Below, in pieces: positions 1 to 9,700 of a stretch of DNA of 32,000 bases. This DNA comes from Wallemia ichthyophaga EXF-994. Lineage: Eukaryota; Fungi; Basidiomycota. The position numbers and the translations under genes were made by a program. The DNA lies in contig NW_008806278.1 of the NCBI RefSeq assembly GCF_000400465.1, positions 30,001-62,000 of the forward strand, written 5' to 3'. Each line of letters starts with the position of its first letter. The first letter of the stretch is position 1. The notes beneath the pieces were generated by a model. It saw only the letters and a list, made by a program, of their open reading frames with translations, did no database searches and had not been told where the DNA came from.

Positions 1-939
1 TGAGAGGTATGGATTGTGGTAATCGAGGCCAATCACGAGACCAATTGATACGAGATTGTCTTCCATATGGTAGCACCAGCTACCGGCGTAAGTTTCGTTG
101 TCGATTGGCCATCCAACCGTGTGGGTGATGTTGCCTGCTTGGTGTTTCGATGGGTCCACACGCCATACCTCCTTAATACCAATACCGTAAGTTTGTTCAT
201 CCTTACCTTCTCTCAGCTTAAAGTGGTTAATTACTTTCTGGGAGATAGAGCCATGCGCGCCTTCGGACAAGAGAGTAGCTTTGGCGTTGAAGACCATACC
301 AGGCTCAAAGTGTTCAGTGGGTTCACCACCCTTCCCGACTCCGATCTCGTTAGTAACAACGCCGCCAACTTTTCCATCCACCCAGTTCAAACCAGCTGCC
401 GCGAAGCCCGGGTAAATCTCAACGCCCAGCTCCTCGGCCTTCTCAGCGAGCCAGGCAGTTAATCTGGAGAGACTAATGATGTAGTTGCCGTGGTTAGACA
501 TCTGCGGCGGGTGTGGTATAGGCAGAGCGTAGTTTTTAGTGAGAAATTTCATGCTGTCGTTTGTAGCAGGTTGGTTGAGTGGAGCGCCGAGTTGTTTCCA
601 ATTTGGGAGTAGCTCGTCTAGCGCTTTTGGCTCGATAACGGCACCAGAGAGAATATGTGATCCAACTTCTGCACCTTTCTCCAAAATCACAACTCTGAGA
701 TTCTCGTTGAGCTGCTTGAGCTTGATCGCAGCGCTGAGGCCAGCAGGACCAGCGCCGACGATGCATACATCGCACTCGTCCTGTGCCCTGTCTGCGTCCT
801 TAACAAAGTTGAATGGCGACGTGCTGTGGCCATCGACGCCGCTCGAAGAGAGAGATGAAGGCGTGGTGGAGAATTTAGGCAATAGCCGCGGCGTATAGCA
901 GCCAGATCTCCTGAGTCTGGTGAGCCCACGCAGAATCAT
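1..939 (-). CDS. ETFDH: Mitochondrial electron transfer flavoprotein-ubiquinone oxidoreductase (ETF-QO), 5' part; runs off the left edge
   Basis: Manual minus-strand translation from ATG 939, open to base 1, absent from the ORF track: MILRGLTRLRRSGC (Arg-rich presequence)...DVCIVGAGPAGLSAAIKLKQLNENLRVVILEKGAEVGSHILSGAVIEPKALDELLPNW...GNYIISLSRLTAWLAEKAEELGVEIYPGFAA...QTYGIGIKEVW...VSIGLVIGLDYHNPYLS. FAD-binding GxGxxG plus ETF-QO family motifs. Confidence 0.95.
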   Translation of the reverse strand, partial: MILRGLTRLRRSGCYTPRLLPKFSTTPSSLSSSGVDGHSTSPFNFVKDADRAQDECDVCIVGAGPAGLSAAIKLKQLNENLRVVILEKGAEVGSHILSGAVIEPKALDELLPNWKQLGAPLNQPATNDSMKFLTKNYALPIPHPPQMSNHGNYIISLSRLTAWLAEKAEELGVEIYPGFAAAGLNWVDGKVGGVVTNEIGVGKGGEPTEHFEPGMVFNAKATLLSEGAHGSISQKVINHFKLREGKDEQTYGIGIKEVWRVDPSKHQAGNITHTVGWPIDNETYAGSWCYHMEDNLVSIGLVIGLDYHNPYLS

Positions 940-980
940 CGTCGTTTGAGATGAGATGTGTAGAGGTTGAGATCGAGTGC

Positions 981-1002
981 CCAATGAGAAAGCAGCCAAT
1001 CA
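981..1002. promoter_or_regulatory. Pair of CCAAT boxes upstream of ETF-QO (candidate Hap2/3/5 CBC sites)
   Basis: CCAAT at 981-985 and CCAATCA at 996-1002, about 40-60 bp upstream of ATG 939 of a respiratory gene. Motif match only. Confidence 0.35.
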
Positions 1003-1048
1003 GCTTCATTGTATTTCTAAAGAGTAAAAATGAATTTTCTACAATAAT

Positions 1049-1747
1049 TCAAGGCGCAGGGCTGCCGTCGAAACCAGGACCAGCTGCACCGGCGTTAGAG
1101 CGTGGGTAGGTGAGATAAGCGCTGCCCAATTTTGGTGGATCGCTGAGCTTTACGAATTCAGTCTTGACAGGAATCTTAGCCTGTGCTAGACGAAGGGCTG
1201 GAGGGTATTAGCAGGAGGTTTTATGTGCTAAGTGGTATATCAATACACACCCTCTTGAGCCACTTCAGAACGCATTCCACCGCCGCCAACTTCAAATATA
1301 ACTTTGCCTGGCTGGGCTCTACACGCCCAGTATTCAAATGTACCCTTGCCCTTACCCATTCTGGTCTCGTTGCCCTTTACGCAGACAGGAATATCGGGGA
1401 ATACTCGCATAAAGCACTGGCTGCCTTTGAGTGGCTTTATCTTGCGCTTGATAGACTCCTCGCAGCTCTGGAGCGTCTTGGCTGAGAGCCTGGTGCCTTG
1501 CTTGACCCTCAGGCCAAATTCACCGAATGCAAGGGTAGTACCAGCAGTGCTGCCACCAGTTGGACATCCCACTCTACCCTTGTGGCTTTTGCGGTACTAT
1601 TCGAGACGTGCGTTAGACTATGGCTTCTGTTGGAGTACAACGCACTTTTGTCCGCCTAGGCGCAAGCTGGCCTCTGAATCTCAGCTGCTGGGACGACTTG
1701 TTGAATGTAAGCGAGGATCTGAATGCGGATATAAGCTGGTTGAGCAT
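1049..1747 (-). CDS. MRPL16: Mitochondrial ribosomal protein L16 (uL16m), 3 exons
   Basis: Exons 1747-1646, 1596-1251, 1197-1049; GT-AG introns 1597-1645 and 1198-1250. Spliced protein MLNQLISAF...[25 protein letters not shown]...[30 protein letters not shown]...[21 protein letters not shown] carries the uL16 signature RMGKGKG. Confidence 0.95.
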
Positions 1748-1872
1748 TGGTGGTGGGAGTGTGCAATGAAAGCTATCCAGTAGACCTAAACAGGAATCAA
1801 AGAATAAAAAGAAATACATATTGATAGGAACATAGAAACATAGAATAGATTTATGCTTTATACTGTACAACT

Positions 1873-2276
1873 TTACTTGGTCTTGGCCTTGGATAGGTGA
1901 TAATTTATGCTATTCGCCTTTTTAGGTGCAGAGCGGCCCTATAAGCAGCAGCATCAGTATGTTCAACGGCTCATTAGAATATACACACCTTGGTCGACAT
2001 GCAATTCGCAAGCGATGTACTGTACTGTGCACATTGCCCAACTCCAAGGAAATCACCGCTACTAGCAAAGCAATTGAGCAGCCCACTCAGCTCTGTCCCG
2101 CATGGTGGTGGATTTATATCTATTCGGTTAGGATATCCACTGGAACTCACTCCACCCGCACTCACTCTTCCTCGCTCTAACCTTGAGCTTATCCACTTTC
2201 ACTGGAGGTTGATTATTACTAGGCTGCTTCTCTCCTTAATTATTCACCCACTCGCTGTGGTCCTCGTCGGATGCAT
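1873..2276 (-). CDS. MRP10: Mitochondrial small-subunit ribosomal protein mS37/Mrp10 (twin-CX9C CHCH type), 4 exons; missed by the ORF track
   Basis: Exons 2276-2252, 2201-2166, 2119-1989, 1938-1873; introns of 50, 46 and 50 bp. Spliced protein MHPTRTTAMKVDKLKVRARKNINPPPCGTELSGLLNCFASSGDFLGVGQCAQYSTSLANCMSTKGRSAPKKANSINYHLSKAKTK shows CX9C...CX9C, an N-terminal KLKV motif and a C-terminal INYH, as in yeast Mrp10. Confidence 0.85.
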
Positions 2277-2386
2277 CTTCCAAGTCGTTTGATTGCACAC
2301 TCTGAGAAACGATGACACAAAATTTAAACCAAATTATACATTTCGTCCTTTACATCTTCTGTTGTTACACATTTCCTCCTCTATCC

Positions 2387-3595
2387 TCACGCCCAATATG
2401 CTAGTACTGCCATCAATAGCGACCCAAGCAGCAACATCGAAATACCGATAAATGTTTTAAACCTCCCTGCGTATTGCATTTCAGGACTTCTGAACCAATC
2501 ATTCGCCACCAATTCCACTAGCGATCCGTACAACAGTATCCCTGCTGACAACGCTGTAATCGTTCCAATAGCTATCAGTGCTGACTTTGACCTAGGAGAG
2601 TATGTCTCTTTAATGCCAATCCCTATTATTATTCCCAGTGACGTGTCAATACTGAAGGCAAAACTCATAATGAAAATCTTCAGCTTGTGCCATCTCTCGA
2701 AACTCAATTGGGATATACGCGACCCTAATCCCATACCCTCAAACATCTGATGAAATACCAAGGCGATCAGGTAAGGTTTAAAGCTCTCCCCCGTTGAAAC
2801 TGACAGCGCCACTCCTATAATTATTGAATGAAACAGAATGCCGCCCTCTAACAGCAAGACTTCCCATTTGAGTTGTTTCATTGCAGCTTCTGAGTTTGTG
2901 CGGGTAGACTCGGCGTCATACTGGATCTTTTTAACTGAGTCACTGACAGATATCATGTCACAGTTGCAGTTGGCGTCATTTTGTGATTCTTTTCTAAGTG
3001 CTTCATCGTGCGCTTGTTTTCGAGAATTAAAGCGACCACCCAGGTAATCAAACAGAAATACTATGTAAACGCCAGCTAAAACTATTGCTGCCGGTGTTTG
3101 TTTATACGCCAGTCCATCCAAACAATCATCGTCGAATTTGTGAATCGCGCTGAAAATTAAATGCACAATTGCTGTACACAGTATAACACCAGTACCAAAG
3201 TGCTGCACTATGAATAGCGCCCATTTAAAAGCTTTTTGTTCTTTGAATGCGTGAAGAGCAATTGGAAGATTAATACCAAGCGCACTTGCGACGAGCAAGA
3301 TAAAAACAGCGGCAATATGTAGTGGCATGTTGTATTCTTCCGTACTGACGCTATTGCACTGATCAGAATTTTTTGAGGATTCAAGTATGTTGGGTATATG
3401 ATTACATTGAAATGAAGAGATTGTGTCATCAAACACGCAACTCAAGCCTGTTGAGCAACTATAAATACTCCCCGATACGAAACATTCACCTTGCCCGATC
3501 GGTCCACTTCCTAATTCTCCGCGAATTGCTACCGCTGCTGATGCCGATATAATGGCTGCCGTGGATAGCAATGTAAGGAAAAACTGCATGCCCAT
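2387..3595 (-). CDS. ZIP-family (Zrt/Irt) zinc transporter, intronless paralog with a short Cys-only ectodomain
   Basis: 402-aa single ORF: signal peptide, one 4-Cys module, then the ZIP core (LHIAAVFILLVASALG, HFGTGVILCTAIVHL, LEGGILFHSIIIG, FHQMFEGMGLG, SAGILLYGSLVELVANDW, LMAVLAYWA). Confidence 0.93.
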   Translation of the reverse strand: MGMQFFLTLLSTAAIISASAAVAIRGELGSGPIGQGECFVSGSIYSCSTGLSCVFDDTISSFQCNHIPNILESSKNSDQCNSVSTEEYNMPLHIAAVFILLVASALGINLPIALHAFKEQKAFKWALFIVQHFGTGVILCTAIVHLIFSAIHKFDDDCLDGLAYKQTPAAIVLAGVYIVFLFDYLGGRFNSRKQAHDEALRKESQNDANCNCDMISVSDSVKKIQYDAESTRTNSEAAMKQLKWEVLLLEGGILFHSIIIGVALSVSTGESFKPYLIALVFHQMFEGMGLGSRISQLSFERWHKLKIFIMSFAFSIDTSLGIIIGIGIKETYSPRSKSALIAIGTITALSAGILLYGSLVELVANDWFRSPEMQYAGRFKTFIGISMLLLGSLLMAVLAYWA

Positions 3596-3866
3596 TTTTC
3601 TATTTATGCAAGTGAGCTATTGAGAATCATCCGAAATGCTTGAAAAATAGGTTACTGATGACCGAAACGGTGCAATGACAGGGCGATCGTCTCAGGAACG
3701 ACTATCTTTGCAACCTTGCAAGTCATTTTTAGTTTAATTTCACTAAAGTGATATTGAATTTGAGATGCATAATTCGTCTGTATCTCAATATGCGGCAAAC
3801 TACTGCCCGTCAATCCAGGCAAAGTAGTAAATCAAGGAACCTCTAAATTGAAAATATAGTTACAAA

Positions 3867-5397
3867 TCAAGCCCATTTACCGCTGTCGACGTTATTAGTA
3901 TGGAACGACGCATCTTGAGACACTCACAGCACCGCCATCAAGAGTGACCCAAGTAGCAACATTGTAATACCCAGACATGTCTTAAAGACACCACTGCTTC
4001 TCATCTCAGGACTCTTGAACCAGTCATTTGCAATTAGCTCCACAAGTGCTGCATAGATCAGCACACCAGCAGATAGTCCATTGAGAATGCCAAGTGCGAG
4101 GAGAGCTGATTTAGAGTTTGGAGAGTAGCTTTCATGCACTCCAATGCCAATAGCTATACCAATTGGAGTGATCAAACTGAAGCATACCGCCATTATAAAC
4201 ACCTTCATTTTGTGCCAGGTTTTGAAAATCAAAAAACACACCCGCGAACCTAGAGCTAAACCCTCAAACAACTTCATCTTGTTAAAAATGTTTCTCAAGC
4301 TAAGTAAACAACCCACTTGGTGAAACACAATTGCAATCAGAAATGGTACGAACTGGTCTCCTCCTGTTGCCCCAAGAGAAACGCCAATCATCACACTGTG
4401 GAACACAATTCCTATTTCAAGCAGCGAGACTTCCCATTTAAGCTGACTCATTGCAATTTCTGGCGATATTTGAGCTGAGTCAACACTAGTAATGTCAGTT
4501 TTGGCAATGCATCAGGCTGAACCTACTCAGATATGTCATCTTTGCCATCATTTGACCTGTTTTCAGTCCTAGTCGCTTCCGCTAGTTGTCTTGTTTTTCT
4601 TGCAAAGAATCTCATTCCAATATAGTCGAATAAGAAGACGACATACACAGCGGCCAGCGCGATAGCTGCTGCTGCAGGCCCATACGCCAACTCGCCTATA
4701 CAGTCGTTGTTAAACATCACAAACGCGTGGAATAGAAGATGAATGACTGTTTTGTGATTAGTGTATGCTATTTCAGTAATGGCCACTTACGAGCAGTGCA
4801 GAGTATAACCCCGGTACCGAAATGTTTCACCACGAACAAACCCCAGCTGAAAAATGAACGCATTTTGAAGCCAGAAAAAGCTATTGGAAGGCCCACTCCC
4901 AATGCACTGCTGACTAGCAGGATAAATATTGCACCGATGTGCAGCGGTTGATCGTACTCTCCTATATCGATTGATCCACACTGATCTGAGCAGTCACCGT
5001 GCGTATGTCCACCATGTACTACACAAGTGCCTCCTTCAGAGCTATTCGTCTCGCAAAGCCACACGCCGTTGTCAAATTCGCAGAAAGAGCCGTCGTCGCA
5101 GTGCCAATGCATCTCATGCTGATGACACGAACGTCCAGGGGGGCCTTGCATCTCTTTGCCTCCTGTGTCGCTGTCGCTCCCGTCTGTTATCCCACCAGTG
5201 GGCGAGCCTGAGTCACCTTCGCAGCGAAATGCAGAAATACTCGTGTCGAAAGTGCACTCAGCCCCACTCGAGCAGGTAAAAGTGCCGTTTGAGAGTGAGC
5301 AGTTACCTTGCCCTCTCGGACCAGAAGTCTCATTCCCATTTACTATCGCTGCTGAAGCAGCTCCCGCTGCAGCCAATAGGGAGAATATATAGCGCAT
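3867..5397 (-). CDS. ZRT1: ZIP-family zinc transporter of Zrt1(Candida)/ZrfC type with a His/Cys-rich ectodomain, 5 exons
   Basis: Start 5397 (MRYIFSLL); an in-frame ATG also lies at 5412. Introns 4747-4790, 4486-4526, 4272-4316, 3883-3927. Splicing restores CTALIHL, FHQLFEG and AVLGKWA*. The ectodomain contains CHQHEMHWHCDDGSFCE, matching the CHXHX5CX6[E/D] motif described for A. fumigatus ZrfC, plus CVVHGGHTHGDC. Confidence 0.9.
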
Positions 5398-5642
5398 ATT
5401 CTGAAAATGCAATTGGAAGGTATAGAAGTGAGTTTCTGCTCTTTTTTTGCTCTCTGTATGAGATAACTGCGAAGGTCATTTCTTGGTATGGCTCGTCAGG
5501 CACCATGTGAGGGCGGCTTCCATAGGAAAATCGAGCACGAGACCAAGCTCACTGTGGCAGTACGCAGCTTGGCAGGCTTTGATTTGTATAAAGCAGAAAA
5601 AAATCTAGTTGATCTTCCACATTGAACGGAGAGAAAAAAGCG
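5398..5642. promoter_or_regulatory. Shared divergent promoter of the ZIP transporter and the Pra1-like zincophore
   Basis: 245 bp between head-to-head start codons. TATAAAG at 5587-5593 lies about 50 bp before the Pra1 ATG. Confidence 0.6.
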
Positions 5643-6543
5643 ATGAAAACTTTTACCACACTGGCTACACTGGTAATTTCGTCGGCTTTCACACGCGCAG
5701 CACCATTCGACCACGCTGAATGGGTCAATCCTGACTACATTGCTCGAATGTCTATTCATGAATCCTGCAACGCAACTCAGACCATTCAGCTCGAGAAAGC
5801 ACTCGATGATTTTGAAAGATTTTCACACAATGCTCAATCATACCTCCAGAGAGCAGGAACAGAAGATGAGTTGATTGACAAATACTTCGGCTCCTCCTCA
5901 AATCCAGAGAATCAACCCGTTGCAGCTGGGATATTTGCCAGTCTTTCCGATGGAGATAAAGCTGGTGCTTCGCTTCGATGCGACGATCCCGATGGACTTT
6001 GCGCCCTGTACGACGGCTACTATGCAGGTCTGTTATAAAAAAAGGGCTGTTCTAGACTAAAAAAAACCAACAGGACATCACAGAGGTACCAATGGCACTC
6101 TTGAAACTGTCATTTGCGATCTAAGCTACGAGACCCGCAAACCAATAGAGCAAGTTTGTGCTTTAGGTCACCTCGTTCCAGATGATCAAGCCGGTAAATT
6201 CTGGGGCATTGACCTTATACATCGCTTTTCACACTTGCCGATAGTTGCTGGTGGATCTGTTGGCCATGCAGCAGATGAATATGAGACACTGATCGATTTA
6301 GCAAAGAATAATGCAAGTGAAGCTGCTTGGAATATGAAGACGCTGCAGTATTTCGCTTTAGATGCGTGGGCTCACACCTTCGCTGTCCCGGGTGTTGGGT
6401 GCGACGAGTACGCAGATTCAGCTGATCAGTCTAAGTCTACACCAACACCGACACCAGAACCCGAGCCATCGCCTACCGATGACGCTCCGTTGCTCTGTCA
6501 TACCCACGCTAATGGAGAAGAACACTGCACCACCGCCGAGTAG
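5643..6543 (+). CDS. PRA1: Secreted Pra1/Aspf2/Zps1-family zinc-binding protein (zincophore, HRXXH family), 2 exons
   Basis: Intron 6028-6073 joins YYAG|HHRG. Protein: signal peptide MKTFTTLATLVISSAFTRA, IHESCNATQ, LRCDDPDGLC, ETVICDLSY, DLIHRFSHLP (HRxxH), LQYFALDAWA, a PT/PE-rich linker and C-terminal CHTHANGEEHC (compare Candida Pra1 CHTHADGEVHC). Confidence 0.92.
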
Positions 6544-6668
6544 GAAATTGTAAAGTAATTCTGAATAAAATTTAACTGGCTTGTTATCTAAAGACTTATG
6601 GTTTATTATACAAGTTAACAGCATTATAATTATCTCATGCGTTAATTAGTCGTGAATAGGCGGGGTAA

Positions 6669-6684
6669 GTGTGTGTGTGTGTGT
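6669..6684. repeat. (GT)8 microsatellite between convergent Pra1 and flippase 3' ends
   Basis: gtgtgtgtgtgtgtgt read directly from the sequence. Confidence 0.8.
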
Positions 6685-6737
6685 AGAAAAGTTAAACAAT
6701 TGTCCATGTTGATTTCACGTTTCAGTATGCAAGGTGA

Positions 6738-9700
6738 TTAAGAATTTTTGGTTTTACGCATTGTTGGCATCGCAGTTTTGAATGAGTCGACCGTTCGGGA
6801 TGTCCAGTTTTTGCTCTTGCGCTTCAACTTACGTTTCCGAGCTTGGGCGTCGTGCGTCGAAGGTCTGCGGTGGAATTGAGAGGACGTCTCGCTGAGGTGG
6901 GATTGCAATCTTTGCAATGCATATCCATTCTCTTCTTGATCAAAGTTGAATGTCGCATTCCGTCCGCTTGATCTCTCTCCCGTCCTCATGTCTATCCTCT
7001 GCCCCGATCTGGCTGAAGAGGGTCTGTTTGGTGGGTACTCCGAATCTTCGTAGTACGCATTCTGCAAATGAGACTGCATCAATGGGTCGTTCTCAAAGTC
7101 ATGATTATCGTCCTTCTTTTGTACGTATTGCATAATCTATGGGAGTTGTGAGATTTCGCCAACAATGGAATAGCTACCTACGTGAATATCATCTGGGTGA
7201 AATTGAAACTTGTACGCTTTGAAAAGATATCTCGGTATCAACGAGAAAATGACTGTGAATATCACGCAGAACCAGAACAAGGGGGAGTGGAAGACGAAAT
7301 AATCGTTACCCCATACGTTCGTCCATACCAGCTGAGGTGACAAAGCGCTATAGACTCCCTATAAGACGTTAGATTGAGTGTAGAGTCTCAAGCCCACTCA
7401 CAGTAAAAGCCCAAACCAAAACAATACCAAAAAACATGCCGAATGCAATCCACCAATTCCACGACCGAGCGTTCAAACTGATTAAAAGATTTGTTCCTGT
7501 GACGATCGAAACAATCATGGTTGTCGACATTTCGTAAATGTACACGTCAAACCCATCGCTGCGAGCAGTTGGTGATTGATAAGCGTAATATGTGAAGAAA
7601 AACACTATTGTTGATTGGACGATGGCCTCAAATACGTAAAGGAAGAAAAGCCGATGATTGAAATACTGTGCTGTTCTACCATACTTGTACAACTCAGGAA
7701 TAGCCATGAGAACTCTGTCGCTCAGCACAGAATCAAATAGTCCGAGACCGATAGGAGGGCATATTGTCCACAGCACGTTCCACAATAAAAGATAGATGTA
7801 CGCGTAAACGTACGACGTCGAAAAGGCACAATAGAACTGATACCAGAAGAGAACCGCGGCGCCGTTAATATTCTTAATCCAGAAGCTAAGGATGGCGTTG
7901 CTGTTTCGGTAGTAATACCAATGACCATGAACGAGAAGAAGTTTTTTCAGGTAGCGGAATTGAGCGATAGCATAATCGGACGAGTTGACTGCTTGAAGAC
8001 CCTCCTCGCCCGCTATACCTATACCTACGTGCGCCGCCTGGATCATTGAGACATCGTTAGCGCCGTCGCCGATCGCAAGTGTCATAGTATCGAGGTTATC
8101 TTTGATGAGACGAACTACGAGGGCTTTCTGTAGCGGTGAAACTCTGCAGCATACGACTGACTGGCATTTGAGCGCTAGATTGAGCAACAAATCTTTGCTC
8201 CATGGTTCAGAGAGGGCGTGCGTCAGTGCCGTGCCATCGATGACCAGTGCATATCCACCGTCTCGCTGGCCGTTGTCTGCGCCAACTAGCGACTCCATGT
8301 CTGACATTGCATGTGATTGAGTCGATGATCGCTTCGATCCGCCATCATAGTGATTATCTGGCGGCTGGTTCCTCAAACGTGATGGGATATTCTCGCCGGG
8401 GAAGAACTGCTCCATTGCTCTGCGCATCTGAGAATAAGCAGAGTTCCGGTCGCCGTACTCTCCACCTCTAACTATTATTAGATTGTTGTCATCTGTCAGC
8501 AACTGTGTGGAATAGCCAATAGCTATCGCTGTTTCCAGCTTGTCACCAGTTGCTACCCAGACCTTAATACCTGCTCTCTTTAAATCACGGATAGTTTCTG
8601 GAACACCATCTTGCAGCTTGTCTTCGATCGCTGTCGCACCGAGCAAAGTCAAGTTTGTCTCAAACTTGCTGGCTACAGCTTCGATGAGGTTCTCACGGTC
8701 CTCCAATGACACTGTTGCGTCGTTGTATTCCTTACTGAACTCTTCATAGACTTCTGTAGGAACAACGCGGTAGCCGAGACAGAGTGTACGAAGACCTTCA
8801 CTGGCGAACAGACTGAGGTCCTTGTCAGTGGCATCTAAGAGTAGTATTAGAACGTGTCAATAGAAAGCACTACAACTACCTTTCATACCCTGATTGTGAA
8901 CGTTCGCCTCACACCTCTCGAAAATTATGTTATCGGCACCTTTAGTGAGAAGAATGATTTCACTTTCCTCCTCATCGTCGTCATCTAGGGCGATCTTCGG
9001 GTTGCGTTCACCCCTGGCAACATTGTTGGCCATGTCTATCTTCATTTGAGCTCTTTTAGGAGACAGCTTTCTGATTACCACACTCATTCTCTTCCTCGCT
9101 GATGAGAATTCAAGGACGTTGAGAAGCTCATAGTGATCCATGCCGTCTCCCGTGAATGGAGTCTGCAGCTTGAGGATGTTTCTGTCTCTACCCTTGAATA
9201 CGTAGCCGATATCAGCAGCACCCTGAACCAAAGCAGACTCATCAGGAGATTGTGCTTTGTATTCAAGTGTACCGTCTTCCTTTTCAGCAGCTAATGCTGT
9301 ATGGCAGAGAGATAAACAAGTGAGGAATGCGTCTGTATCTTGGCTTTTCTTTTCAGCTTCTTCATTCACACCACCTCTGATATCCTCTTGAAGCACAGAA
9401 GAGAAAAACTTGGGTACTTCTTCAGTTTCTTGGGGATTCTCCCCCCTAGTGGTGGTGTGTTTATTTACGTGTGGCTCGTGACCATCTGAGGAGTTGAATT
9501 CTGATCCCGCCTTAGTCTGATTCAATGGCGTGACGCTGTCGACTATCGATGCTGGAATGTCTGGGGAGTGTCCTATAGACAATTTGCTTTCAACGACTGT
9601 ATTTTCATCTGCCTTGTAAACTTTTCCGGCGATCGAGCACTGTCTAAAGATCATGGCATTTTGAGTTAAAGTACCAGTTTTGTCAGAAAAAATGTACTGA

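Noticed and set aside
3713-5476. Zap1/ZafA-like half-sites: ACCTTG(CAAGT) at 3713 upstream of the intronless ZIP, and AAGGT at 5417 and 5472 in the Pra1/ZIP promoter
   Set aside because: No full ACCTTNAAGGT palindrome. About one such 5-mer is expected by chance in these ~500 bp, so three is suggestive but not supportable without footprinting or conservation.
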